This document shows, piece by piece, positions 1 to 8,894 of a stretch of 64,000 bases of DNA; position 1 is the stretch's first letter, and each line of letters starts with the position of its first letter. This stretch comes from Candidatus Woesebacteria bacterium. GTDB lineage: Bacteria > Patescibacteriota > Microgenomatia > UBA8517. Location of the stretch: the NCBI GenBank assembly GCA_013374835.1, contig CP055307.1:146622-210621 (forward strand). The letters run 5' to 3'. The notes beneath the pieces are model-generated. The model made no database searches and was not told where the DNA came from. It saw only the letters and a program-made list of their open reading frames with translations. Both the position numbers and the translations under genes were made by a program.

Positions 1-966
1 ATTTTTTTTCCGGTAGCAGTTAACGATCTCAGTTCTGAATCCGGTTTTTTAGGTATACCGCTTATGTACGACGGATTAGGCTTGTTTATTAATGAAGAAA
101 TATTCTCAACTTATGCAAGACCGACACCCGAAACCTGGGATGAATTAAGAGATACTGCCGTAGCATTAACTATAAAAAACGAAAATGGATTTATAACACA
201 GGCTGGAGTGGCTCTGGGAAATGCAAAAAATGTCGATCACTGGCAGGAAATCCTAGCGTTAATGATGCTTCAAAATGGAGCAGATTTGAATAAACCGGTT
301 GATCAAAGAACTCAAGGAGCAATCGACTGGTTTGTTTCTATCTCAAGAGATTACAAAATTTGGGACGATACGCTCCCGCCCTCTACTGTTTATTTTGCCA
401 GCGGTAAACTTGCAATGTATTTTGGTCCGTCTTGGCGTGCCATTGAAATTATCAACCAAAATCCAAATCTCAAATTTAGAGTTGTCCCTGTTCCACAGCT
501 TCCCAAAAGCGATCCGTCCGAAAAAGACACGACTTATGCGACATATTGGATAGAATCCGTGTGGAATGAAAGTAAAAATCAAGATGAGGCTTGGAAATTC
601 ATAAAATACCTATCCGAAAAAGAAACTTTACAAAAATTCTACCAGAGTGCAACACAAAGCTCTGCCGCAAGAAGGTTTGGCGAACCATACCCAAGGCGTG
701 ATATGTATGAATCACTTCTAAACGATCCTGTTTTGGGTGGAATAATCAAACTAGCCCCAGACGCAAAGAGCTGGTACTTAGCCTCACGAACATTCGACGG
801 CAAAACTGGGATAAATTCTCGATTAAGCGGATACTTCGAAGATGCAATAAACAAAGCTCTTTCATTACGATTAACAGACAAAGATATGCAAACTTTGTCA
901 ACAGGTGTACAAACGGTACTTTCAGATTATCAATTAATAGCCCCGCCCGTTATCCCAGCAAATTAA
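1..966 (+). CDS. Extracellular solute-binding protein of an ABC transporter (family 1, sugar-type). It is 5'-truncated by the window edge.
   Basis: The frame is open from nt 1 and the ORF track picks it up at 64..966. Length and composition fit the C-terminal two-thirds of a periplasmic substrate-binding protein (for example FASGKLAMYFGPSW). Confidence 0.6.
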   Translation: MFFPVAVNDLSSESGFLGIPLMYDGLGLFINEEIFSTYARPTPETWDELRDTAVALTIKNENGFITQAGVALGNAKNVDHWQEILALMMLQNGADLNKPVDQRTQGAIDWFVSISRDYKIWDDTLPPSTVYFASGKLAMYFGPSWRAIEIINQNPNLKFRVVPVPQLPKSDPSEKDTTYATYWIESVWNESKNQDEAWKFIKYLSEKETLQKFYQSATQSSAARRFGEPYPRRDMYESLLNDPVLGGIIKLAPDAKSWYLASRTFDGKTGINSRLSGYFEDAINKALSLRLTDKDMQTLSTGVQTVLSDYQLIAPPVIPAN

Positions 967-970
967 AAAA

Positions 971-1780
971 ATGCTGTCTCAAAAAAAGCTTTTCTCGCTT
1001 CTTTATCACGATATCTTTGATTATCCGCTAACTAGCGAAGAACTCAACAAGTGGCTCGCCGGAAGTATTATTTCCAAAAAAGATATCGATATAGATTTCT
1101 CGGACGGCTATTACTTTCTTAAAGGACGAAAAAAACTTGTTAAAAAAAGGCTCAAAAGAGCAAGGTATTCGAAAAAAAAATTTTCAATTGCTCAAAAAAA
1201 AGCTTTATTAATAGCAAAAATACCGACAGTAAAATTTGTCGGTATTACTGGATCTCTTGCTATGGATAATTGTAAAATAGATTCCGACATAGATTTTATA
1301 CTTATAACAAAATCACACACGCTTTGGATAACAAGACTGTTTGTTTATCTGCTGCTTCTAATTACGCGCACAAAAGTAAGACACCCAAAAGATAGTATTG
1401 AAAACAATAAGCTTTGTTTAAATATTTGGATGGACGAATTAAATCTAAAAATAAATAAAAAAAATATATATACGGCCCACGAGTTAGCTCAAATTAAGCC
1501 ACTTGTTGACAAAGACAATGTCTTCTCTGAGCTTATTTATGCCAATAGTTGGATATTAAAATATTGGCCAAATGCAGTTAATTTAAGCAAAACTTTTTCT
1601 GGTAAATCCGAATTAAACAAAAAAAATACCTGTTTCTTAATTAAATTTTTAAATAAACTATTTTTTAAAGCCCAACTCTTTTATATGAAACCAAAGCATA
1701 CAAACGAAAAAACTACTCTTTTTCAAGCATTTTTTCATCCGAACGACCTGTCAATAAAAGTGCTTAAAAGACTTAGCTAA
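971..1780 (+). CDS. Nucleotidyltransferase-fold protein (Pol-beta / MNT-like motif G[S]x10DxD: GITGSLAMDNCKIDSDIDFILI).
   Basis: NTase signature GS...DID followed by a helical C-terminal region. There is no obvious partner gene. Confidence 0.45.
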   Translation: MLSQKKLFSLLYHDIFDYPLTSEELNKWLAGSIISKKDIDIDFSDGYYFLKGRKKLVKKRLKRARYSKKKFSIAQKKALLIAKIPTVKFVGITGSLAMDNCKIDSDIDFILITKSHTLWITRLFVYLLLLITRTKVRHPKDSIENNKLCLNIWMDELNLKINKKNIYTAHELAQIKPLVDKDNVFSELIYANSWILKYWPNAVNLSKTFSGKSELNKKNTCFLIKFLNKLFFKAQLFYMKPKHTNEKTTLFQAFFHPNDLSIKVLKRLS

Positions 1781-1795
1781 AAAAGGAAGTAACTC

Positions 1796-1824
1796 TTGAC
1801 AACACAGACACCCTTTTTTAAAAT
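1796..1824 (+). promoter_or_regulatory. sigma70-like promoter P1 of groES-groEL (TTGACA, 17 nt spacer, TAAAAT).
   Basis: TTGACA at 1796-1801 and TAAAAT at 1819-1824, both read directly from the sequence. Confidence 0.5.
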
Positions 1825-1832
1825 AGCCTTCG

Positions 1833-1859
1833 TAAGCACTATCAAACAAAGAGTGCTAA
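1833..1859 (+). promoter_or_regulatory. CIRCE operator (HrcA-binding inverted repeat) upstream of groES.
   Basis: TAAGCACTA-N9-GAGTGCTAA versus the consensus TTAGCACTC-N9-GAGTGCTAA. The right half is a perfect match, the left half matches 7 of 9, and the spacer is 9 nt. Confidence 0.8.
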
Positions 1860-1866
1860 AAAAACA

Positions 1867-1894
1867 CTTGACAAGTGTTTTTTTATTAATATAA
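1867..1894 (+). promoter_or_regulatory. sigma70-like promoter P2 of groES-groEL (TTGACA, 16 nt spacer, TATAAT).
   Basis: TTGACA at 1867-1872 and TATAAT at 1889-1894, about 14 nt before the groES ATG. Confidence 0.5.
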
Positions 1895-1907
1895 TTCAAA
1901 AATAGTT

Positions 1908-2234
1908 ATGGCAAAGAAAAGAGAAATAAAAAAAGTTAATCTTAATCTTCAACCAACCGCAGGGTATCTTATAATTGAGCCCTTTGAAGCAGAAACCAAA
2001 ACAAGCTCGGGTATATATCTTCCTGATTCTGCAGAAGGTGAAAAACCCCAAAAGGGTAGAGTGTTGGCAATTGGTCCTGATGAAATAACAGACTCCGGGG
2101 TTAAAAAAACATCACCGGCAAAAATAAACGACATTGTTATTTATAAAAAATGGGGTGGAACGGAAGTTAAAATAAACTCAAAAGAATATCTTTTTGCAAA
2201 ATTCGAAGACATTCTGGCAATAGAAAAAAATTAA
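1908..2234 (+). CDS. groES: Co-chaperonin GroES.
   Basis: 108 aa with a typical GroES sequence ([21 protein letters not shown]...), immediately upstream of groEL. Confidence 0.95.
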   Translation: MAKKREIKKVNLNLQPTAGYLIIEPFEAETKTSSGIYLPDSAEGEKPQKGRVLAIGPDEITDSGVKKTSPAKINDIVIYKKWGGTEVKINSKEYLFAKFEDILAIEKN

Positions 2235-2236
2235 TT

Positions 2237-3865
2237 ATGGCAAAACAACTAAAATTTGGCGACGAAGCAAGAACATCCCTAATGAAGGGAATAGACATAG
2301 TGGCAAAGGCAGTAGTAACAACTCTTGGACCAAAAGGAAGAAACGTAGCTTTGGATAAAAAATGGGGTGCTCCAAACATTGTTCACGACGGCGTCTCTGT
2401 GGCTAAAGAGATAGACCTTGAAGATCCTTTTCAAAATATGGGAGCGCAAATAGTTAAAGAAGCGGCAAGTAAAACCAACGACGCAGCAGGCGATGGAACA
2501 ACAACTTCAACTCTTCTTGCACAGGCAATGTCACGGTCTGGGATGAAAAATATCGCCGCAGGAGCAAATCCAATGATAGTTAAAAAAGGCATGGAAAAAG
2601 CAATATCCGAAACGGTTAAGGAATTAAAAATGATGGCTAAACCCATTAAGAATAAAGAAGAAATCGAACAAGTTGCAACGGTGTCTGCAGGAGACGAGAA
2701 AATCGGTAAAAAAATTGCTGAAGCTCTCGAGAAAGTAGGTAGGGACGGTGTTGTTACCGTAGAAGAAGGCAGAGGATTAAGTATAGAAATAGAATATAAG
2801 GAAGGAATGGAATTTGATAGGGGCTACGCGAGTGCATACTTTGTAACAAACCCTGAAAAAATGGAGGCGGAAATAGAGAATCCCTACATTTTAGTTACCG
2901 ATAAAAAAATTTCTTCGATTCAAGAATTATTGCCGTTTCTTGAAAAATTTGTAAAAGTAAGTAAGGATTTGGTAATTATAGCCGACGAGATAGAAGGTGA
3001 AGCCCTGGCTACGTTAGTAGTAAACAAGCTACGCGGTACATTCAATGTTTTAGCTATTAAAGCACCGGGATTTGGTGATAGAAGAAAAGAAATGTTGGAA
3101 GATATCGCCGTTTTAACAGGAGCAGTTGTGATATCCGAAGATACCGGAAGAACATTTGAGTCAATAGAGGTAACTGATCTTGGGCAAGCCGATAAAGTCT
3201 GGGCAGATAAAGATAACTCAAGAATTATTGGGGGTAAAGGGGCTTCGGAAAACATCAAAGCAAGGATAGCTCTTATTAAAAGACAAATTGAAGAAACAGA
3301 CAGCGATTTTGACAAAGAAAAACTTGAAGAAAGGCTGGCAAAATTAACAGGTGGAGTAGCACAAATTAACGTAGGAGCTGCTACAGAAGTGGAGCTCAAC
3401 GAGAGAAAAGAACGGGTTAAAGACGCTGTTGGAGCTACAAAAGCCGCAATCGAAGAGGGAATTGTGCCCGGCGGAGGAATTGCGTTTTTAAGAGCAAGAA
3501 AAGCACTTTCGAACTTAACAAGTAATATTAAAGATGAGCAAACAGGTATTGAAATAGTTAAAAACGCTCTTGAGGAGCCGCTTCGTTGGTTGGTTAAAAA
3601 CGCAGGAGAAGATGACGGTTACGTACTTAAAAAGGTTGAAGAAAATAAAAACGTTGATTATGGCTACAATGTACTCACCGGGGAGTTTGGTTCAATGATT
3701 GACTTTGGTCTTCTAGATCCTCTTAAAGTTGCCCGCTCAGCGCTCCAAAACGCTGGCTCGGTAGCCATGATGGTTTTAACCACAGAGGCACTTGTTACAG
3801 ATATTCCGGAAGAAAAAAAGGAAAGTTCATCTTCCCCCGGAATGCCAGACATGGGTGGCATGTAA
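2237..3865 (+). CDS. groEL: Chaperonin GroEL (60 kDa).
   Basis: 542 aa containing [16 protein letters not shown] and a C-terminal MPDMGGM repeat. Confidence 0.97.
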   Translation: MAKQLKFGDEARTSLMKGIDIVAKAVVTTLGPKGRNVALDKKWGAPNIVHDGVSVAKEIDLEDPFQNMGAQIVKEAASKTNDAAGDGTTTSTLLAQAMSRSGMKNIAAGANPMIVKKGMEKAISETVKELKMMAKPIKNKEEIEQVATVSAGDEKIGKKIAEALEKVGRDGVVTVEEGRGLSIEIEYKEGMEFDRGYASAYFVTNPEKMEAEIENPYILVTDKKISSIQELLPFLEKFVKVSKDLVIIADEIEGEALATLVVNKLRGTFNVLAIKAPGFGDRRKEMLEDIAVLTGAVVISEDTGRTFESIEVTDLGQADKVWADKDNSRIIGGKGASENIKARIALIKRQIEETDSDFDKEKLEERLAKLTGGVAQINVGAATEVELNERKERVKDAVGATKAAIEEGIVPGGGIAFLRARKALSNLTSNIKDEQTGIEIVKNALEEPLRWLVKNAGEDDGYVLKKVEENKNVDYGYNVLTGEFGSMIDFGLLDPLKVARSALQNAGSVAMMVLTTEALVTDIPEEKKESSSSPGMPDMGGM

Positions 3866-3890
3866 CTTCTCTTTGATATAAAATAGGTTA

Positions 3891-4490
3891 ATGCCCGATA
3901 AACAAAAGCGTAAAAAAAGAATTAGGCCAATTATCGAAGAAGAAATTTTAATAAAAGAGCCTACTCCCGAGCCTTTACAGCAACAATACCCAGAAAAAAC
4001 AAATCTCAAACTAATTTTTTTTCTTACGGTTATAACAGCACTTGTTGTCGGTTTTGTTTCAGGTGGTGTTTATGTTTATTTTTCCGGAATTTCTGCTGTG
4101 CAGGATTCTGAAAAATCAACACCCATACCGTCTCCGACAATTACCCCCGAACCAAGCGCTACTCCCAAGCAAACTCCGGAATCCGAAGAAATTGACCTTT
4201 CTCAATATAAAATAAGCGTGCTTAATGGAAGCGGAAAAATTGGCGAGGCATCCAAAGTAAGTTCTCTTCTGGAAGAAAATGGTTTTAAAGTCGAAAATAT
4301 TGGTAACGCAAGTAGGTACGACTTTGAAAACACTGTTTTACAAACAAAAAAGCAGACCCCGCAAAGCGTTGTTGTATTGCTCAAAAAGGCACTTAGCTCA
4401 ATTTACTTAGTTGAAATAGACTCTAAAAACCTTCCCGAGAGTAGCGAATTTGATTTTATAATTACTGTTGGCTCAAAACTTGCGCAATAA
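3891..4490 (+). CDS. Membrane-anchored LytR_C-domain protein (C-terminal domain of the LytR/CpsA/Psr cell-envelope family).
   Basis: N-terminal TM helix, a Pro/Thr-rich linker and a C-terminus with ISVLNGSGKIGEASKVSSLLEENGFKV, typical of LytR_C. Confidence 0.6.
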   Translation: MPDKQKRKKRIRPIIEEEILIKEPTPEPLQQQYPEKTNLKLIFFLTVITALVVGFVSGGVYVYFSGISAVQDSEKSTPIPSPTITPEPSATPKQTPESEEIDLSQYKISVLNGSGKIGEASKVSSLLEENGFKVENIGNASRYDFENTVLQTKKQTPQSVVVLLKKALSSIYLVEIDSKNLPESSEFDFIITVGSKLAQ

Positions 4491-4492
4491 AA

Positions 4493-5176
4493 CTATTTTT
4501 CGATTTCAGGCAAAACAGTTAAAGGATTAATGTTTTTCCCATCTTTTCTTAACTCGAAATGTAAATGGTCGCCAAAAGCCCTTCCTGTTGCGCCAATTTC
4601 ACCAATCTTTGTACCCATTTCTACCCGTTGGTCTCTTTCAACCTCAATTCTAGATAAATGAGCATAAAGGCTTACCAAGCCGTTTCCGTGAGAAATTAAC
4701 ACGGCATTTCCGTAAGCAAATCTTGAATATTGAATCTCAAGCACCTCGCCCCTCATTATCGAAAATATGGGGTCTCCGGTTTTTCCGTCGAAGTCAATAG
4801 CTTGGTGAAAAAAGTGATACCCTTGGCTTATTACAACACTCTCTACGGGAAAAATTAAACCTCTTTGTGTCTCAAAATTTATCTTATCTTCAACAGTAAC
4901 AATGCTGTTTTGAGTTTCAGCCACAGCAATGCCGGATGCTGGAAAAACAGAGCTTGCCATTGCAAACAATGCAAGATTGGTCCCCAAAATACTCCTCGTT
5001 CTTTTGTGCTCAAAGATATGCCTGAAAAACCGGCTTATTTTATTCCCACGTCGAACTCTCCGAATCTTGGAAAAAGATGGAATAATTGGTTCGGTCAAAC
5101 TCTCCCCCCTACGCCGTTTCACTAAACATAGATCCAGGCGATATCTCGGGGACAGGTTAATGGATAGCTTATTCAT
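4493..5176 (-). CDS. M23 family metallopeptidase (LytM/lysostaphin-like peptidoglycan endopeptidase).
   Basis: HxxxD and HxH motifs are present (FHQAIDFDG...GDHLHFELR). Confidence 0.85.
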   Translation of the reverse strand: MNKLSINLSPRYRLDLCLVKRRRGESLTEPIIPSFSKIRRVRRGNKISRFFRHIFEHKRTRSILGTNLALFAMASSVFPASGIAVAETQNSIVTVEDKINFETQRGLIFPVESVVISQGYHFFHQAIDFDGKTGDPIFSIMRGEVLEIQYSRFAYGNAVLISHGNGLVSLYAHLSRIEVERDQRVEMGTKIGEIGATGRAFGDHLHFELRKDGKNINPLTVLPEIEK

Positions 5177-5220
5177 AGTTCCTTGGCATTTAAGTTAAAA
5201 ACTTATTCCAAGGTTTTATA

Positions 5221-5252
5221 AACAAAAAAATCTCGCTTAATTTAAGCGAGAG
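5221..5252 (-). terminator. Rho-independent terminator acting on the minus strand.
   Basis: A 10-bp perfect stem, TCTCGCTTAA/TTAAGCGAGA, at 5231-5251 with a T-run on the minus strand at 5221-5230. It lies just outside the IS left end. Confidence 0.55.
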
Positions 5253-5282
5253 AACATATTATATCCTAATTGTCAAAAACTT

Positions 5283-6245
5283 TCAATTTTTTGTACAGGA
5301 TCGTAACATATTCGACATACCTCCTTCCTGGATGAGATAGTCTGTTGGTGTCATATTACCTAGGGATTCATGTACTCTCTGGCAGTTGTAGTATATCAGG
5401 TACTTTGCAAGACGTTGATTGTAAGCTTTCTGGTTGTAGATAAGGTGGAGGTTGGGGTCAATAAAATCTTCCTGGATGGTCCTGTTGAAGCGCTCTACCA
5501 CCCCCTGGATCTTGGACATTCTGGGGTATATAAAAATGTGTTTGATGTTTTGTTTTTCTAGGTAAACCCTGAATTGTTTGAGAAACTCTTTACCATTGTC
5601 AGTCTGGACTGTGTGGATTTTGTAGGGAATAAGTGTTTGGAATTTCTTGAAGAAGTCCACAGTGTTAACTGAATTTAAGTGTTTGTAGGTCAGGGAAAGG
5701 GCAGACTTTCCCTTCACATCAATTGCCTGGTACATATACCACCTAATGCCATCAATGATTTTCTCCACAGTATCAGCTTGGATGTATCCCAGAGTTTCTG
5801 GTTTGGGTGCATATTTAATTCTGTTCTTCTTGCTCTTAGTCTTGTTTTGAGCCCATTTAGAGGCTGGATTGTGGTATACTCTGCCTGTTTTGTAATAAAA
5901 TAGATTGTTTCTTGAGATAATCCTCCCAATGGTAGCCTCTGATACTGTTAGGAGATTATTTTCTCTGCAGTATGCATCAAGTAAGGGTTTAAGCTTCTTC
6001 TTGCTCATTCTGGGGACAAACTCTCTTTGGGATTTAATATAATCAACAATTTTAGGATCCACTACTGACCTTCTTACCCCCCTTGGAGCTGTGGAGTCTG
6101 GAACTAACCCCTGGATACTCTTTCTCTCTAGTACTCTTTTCTTCCAGGTGAAGATAAGCTTGCGATCTACTCCAAAGGCCTCTTTTGTGGCAACCTCTCC
6201 ATGTTTGGCATAATACTTAATTATTCTTAGTCTTTCCTGGGCCAC
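5283..6245 (-). CDS. IS481-family DDE transposase (integrase core / rve domain).
   Basis: 320 aa with an N-terminal HTH. The DDE core shows YIQADTV...QTDNGKEF...VERFNRTI..., the pattern of retroviral-integrase-like IS481/IS3 transposases. The stop codon lies 9 nt beyond IRL. Confidence 0.85.
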   Translation of the reverse strand: MAQERLRIIKYYAKHGEVATKEAFGVDRKLIFTWKKRVLERKSIQGLVPDSTAPRGVRRSVVDPKIVDYIKSQREFVPRMSKKKLKPLLDAYCRENNLLTVSEATIGRIISRNNLFYYKTGRVYHNPASKWAQNKTKSKKNRIKYAPKPETLGYIQADTVEKIIDGIRWYMYQAIDVKGKSALSLTYKHLNSVNTVDFFKKFQTLIPYKIHTVQTDNGKEFLKQFRVYLEKQNIKHIFIYPRMSKIQGVVERFNRTIQEDFIDPNLHLIYNQKAYNQRLAKYLIYYNCQRVHESLGNMTPTDYLIQEGGMSNMLRSCTKN

Positions 6246-6395
6246 CTCACTTTGATCAAATCTTCTCAGTGGGAAATCAAGTTCATCACCTCCTTGGAAT
6301 TCTTGATTTTACCCATTACAAACTCAGATTTCATGCTTACCCCAGTGGATCTTGCCATGCTTACTCAATGTCGAATATGTATCTGATCCTGTGCA
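5292..6395 (-). mobile_element. IS481-family insertion sequence, about 1.1 kb, with imperfect terminal inverted repeats and one DDE transposase.
   Basis: IRL 5292-5318 is TGTACAGGATCGTAACATATTCGACAT. IRR 6368-6395 has reverse complement TGCACAGGATCAGATACATATTCGACAT. Both begin with TG, as is typical of IS481. Flanking T-runs could be the target-site duplication. GC is elevated relative to the surroundings. Confidence 0.8.
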
Positions 6396-6431
6396 TTTTT
6401 TGCTAATATTAATTAAGGGGGTGATTAAATT

Positions 6432-6608
6432 ATGAAAAAAAAGGACTGGAGACTTTTGTCGCAAGTTTTAATTGGGGCATCACTAATAGCAGTAATTCTA
6501 TCGGCAATGGGCTTTATGGGTTCTGATATATGGCTTGCATCAACACAATGGTTGCTTGTCGCGGCCGTCATGGCTTTATTTGGTATCTATAGCCGTCTAA
6601 ATTCATAA
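6432..6608 (+). CDS. Small hypothetical membrane protein (58 aa, two TM helices). It is not in the ORF track because it is shorter than 60 aa.
   Basis: ATG at 6432 sits behind a very strong SD (AAGGGGGTGAT). The hydrophobic sequence reads MKKKDWRLLSQVLIGASLIAVILSAMGF... Confidence 0.4.
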   Translation: MKKKDWRLLSQVLIGASLIAVILSAMGFMGSDIWLASTQWLLVAAVMALFGIYSRLNS

Positions 6609-6631
6609 ACTGCGGAATATATTCGTTAAAT

Positions 6632-6754
6632 ATGCGGAAAAAAAATTATTCAGTTCAAAAATGTCCTGTTTGTGGGTTTGAAATTGGCTCGGTGGCCGGC
6701 TCAAAAGACGCAATTTGCACCAATTGCGGTTTCAAAGACTCCTGTTGTGATTAA
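6632..6754 (+). CDS. Putative 40-aa zinc-ribbon protein (CPVCG...CTNCG).
   Basis: MRKKNYSVQKCPVCGFEIGSVAGSKDAICTNCGFKDSCCD carries two CxxC pairs. It is short, so confidence is low. Confidence 0.3.
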   Translation: MRKKNYSVQKCPVCGFEIGSVAGSKDAICTNCGFKDSCCD

Positions 6755-6789
6755 CATGCTTTCAGTAAAGAACTTTGCTAAAATAATTT

Positions 6790-7503
6790 ATGATTAAAAA
6801 GTTTTTTTCCATTGTTTTCTTGTTCCTGTTTTTTTTCAGCAGCTTCACTGCGTCGGTTGATGCATCTATCATTAAGGTTACAAAGAATGGAAAAATTATA
6901 TGGGGGATTTTATCCTACGAATCCGATAATCAGATAAAGATTAAAAACATAGCAAGTGTTTCAGATAAAAACGAAGCGAATGAAATTTATCTTAAAAACG
7001 AAGGCGATAAATTAATGCTTGAAGTAAACTCCGAAGGTTCCATCAAAAAAGCCGATGTCACCAAATTTGAGGGGAATATACTTGAAATCGAAACTCACAA
7101 AAATCCACAAAATATAATAATTTATGAAAAAGACGGAAGGTTTGTAATCAATCAGCAAAACTATCTGGCAACAACATCTCTTTCAATCATTCTTAATCCT
7201 CAAGATCAAACGCTTTCTATTGGCACAAGCCGGGGCACAAGTAAAATAATTGTTCTTCCTCAAGAAGCGGTTTCAGGATTAATAAGAGCTAATATTATGA
7301 CAGATGCCAATAATTCGATTTTTTTGGATGAGAATGAAACTGGAATGCTAGTCTATAAAATAGATGGCAAAAAAACAATCGAAATTTTTAATCTTTTGGA
7401 AATTAACATTCCTGTTTTCGCCGAAGTATCGCCAACCGACGGAAAATTGGTCAACAAAATTGAACCAAAATGGTTTTCGGTTTTGGGATTTCTTTTTTCG
7501 TAA
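6790..7503 (+). CDS. Secreted hypothetical protein with a signal peptide and a C-terminal hydrophobic tail.
   Basis: N-terminal MIKKFFSIVFLFLFFFSSFTASVDA. I recognise no domain. Confidence 0.5.
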   Translation: MIKKFFSIVFLFLFFFSSFTASVDASIIKVTKNGKIIWGILSYESDNQIKIKNIASVSDKNEANEIYLKNEGDKLMLEVNSEGSIKKADVTKFEGNILEIETHKNPQNIIIYEKDGRFVINQQNYLATTSLSIILNPQDQTLSIGTSRGTSKIIVLPQEAVSGLIRANIMTDANNSIFLDENETGMLVYKIDGKKTIEIFNLLEINIPVFAEVSPTDGKLVNKIEPKWFSVLGFLFS

Positions 7504-7532
7504 GTAATTAATTTTTAAAGGAGGTGATTTTT

Positions 7533-7796
7533 ATGAACATAACAGTTTATACAACAACAACCTGTCCATATTGTAGAATGCTTAAAGAGTATTTTAATCA
7601 AAATTCGATTCCGTTTACTGAAAAACTTGTCGATCAAGATGATCAGGCAAGACAGCAAATGATGCTGGATTCAGGAGGATTTCTTGGGGTTCCGTTTACC
7701 ACAATAGAAAAAGAAGGTCTCCCCAAAGAAACCGTAGTTGGATTTGACAAAGCTAGATTAGATACTATCCTTGGTATTAATAATGATATTCATTAA
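7533..7796 (+). CDS. Glutaredoxin-like protein (NrdH/Grx, CPYC active site).
   Basis: MNITVYTTTTCPYCRMLKEYF... The ATG at 7533 is preceded by the SD AAAGGAGGTGA. The ORF track began at an upstream GTG. Confidence 0.8.
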   Translation: MNITVYTTTTCPYCRMLKEYFNQNSIPFTEKLVDQDDQARQQMMLDSGGFLGVPFTTIEKEGLPKETVVGFDKARLDTILGINNDIH

Positions 7797-8442
7797 TTTC
7801 AAAACTTACAGTCAAGGTACGGGCAAAAACGCCATGGGACTTGCCAAAATTATTAAGCAGGTTTCCGAAGAAACAGAATTTAAACTTATTCCAGTAGTGC
7901 AGGCTGTTGATATAAAAAGCATTGTTCAAGAAACAAAACTCGAGGTGTGGGCGCAACACTCCGACCCCGTTGAGTTTGGGCCCCATACGGGGAAAATTCT
8001 TCCCCAAGGTTTAAACGAGGCAGGCGCCTTAGGAACATTTCTCAATCATTCAGAAAACAAATTCGATAGTTTCCACGATCTCAAAAAAGCAAATGCACTA
8101 TGCCAAAAAAACGGCCTAAAAACACTTATTTTCGCATCAGATCTAAACGAAGCTAAAAGCATCATTTCTTTACGCCCAGATTATTTCGCATACGAGCCGC
8201 CAGAATTAATTGGAAGCAAAGATCTCTCCGTTGCCACCCAAAACCCCGATATTATTAAACAAGCGGCCATTCTTTCCCAAAAAACCAAAACCCCTTTAAT
8301 TGTAGGAGCCGGAATCCATAATAAGCTGGATATTCAAGTAAGTCTTAAACTTGGCGCTGACGGTTTTGCAGTTTCATCTGATATTCTAAAAGCAACAAGT
8401 CCAAAAAAAGAATTATTAGAGTTACTGGAGGGTTATAAATGA
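7783..8442 (+). CDS. tpiA: Triosephosphate isomerase, archaeal-type short form.
   Basis: INFKTY...GTGK, LNHSEN and AYEPPELIG are all very similar to archaeal TIMs of about 220-230 aa. The start could instead be 7771. Confidence 0.8.
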   Translation: MIFINFKTYSQGTGKNAMGLAKIIKQVSEETEFKLIPVVQAVDIKSIVQETKLEVWAQHSDPVEFGPHTGKILPQGLNEAGALGTFLNHSENKFDSFHDLKKANALCQKNGLKTLIFASDLNEAKSIISLRPDYFAYEPPELIGSKDLSVATQNPDIIKQAAILSQKTKTPLIVGAGIHNKLDIQVSLKLGADGFAVSSDILKATSPKKELLELLEGYK

Positions 8443-8894
8443 AAATATATATAGCGTCAGATCACGGAGGTTATTACCTCAAAGAAGAGCTTAAAAACTA
8501 TTTATCTTCAAAAGGTTATTCTGTCACTGACATGGGAAATTCAAAATTTGATAAAAACGACGACTATACAGATTTTATTTTTCCTCTTTCTGAAAAAGTT
8601 GCAAAAGACAAAGGTTCTATGGGAATTGTTTTAGGAAGATCCGGGAATGGCGAGGCAATCGCAGCCAATAAAGTTAAGGGAATAAGGGCAGCACTTTGTC
8701 TAAGCGAACGTCATGCCAAAAAAGCTCGCGACAATAATGATGCAAACACTCTTTGTCTGGGTGCAGACTTTATTTCTTCTACTACGGCCAAAAAAATTGT
8801 TGACACCTTTTTAAAAACACGATTTTCAAGAGCAAAAAGGCACAACAGAAGAGTTTCCAAAATAAAAAAATATGAATCTACCCACTTTAAATAG
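8439..8894 (+). CDS. rpiB: Ribose-5-phosphate isomerase B (RpiB/LacAB family).
   Basis: MKIYIASDHGGYYLKEELKNYL...GIVLGRSGNGEAIAANK. Confidence 0.85.
   Translation: MKIYIASDHGGYYLKEELKNYLSSKGYSVTDMGNSKFDKNDDYTDFIFPLSEKVAKDKGSMGIVLGRSGNGEAIAANKVKGIRAALCLSERHAKKARDNNDANTLCLGADFISSTTAKKIVDTFLKTRFSRAKRHNRRVSKIKKYESTHFK

Noticed and set aside
2920-3399. 159-aa ORF antisense to groEL, with similar antisense ORFs inside ftsH (36080..36523), trxB (61263..61796) and the PBP and nrdJ genes.
   Set aside because: They lie entirely within well-supported genes on the opposite strand and have Ser/Ala-rich low-complexity translations. They are a typical by-product of a long sense ORF.
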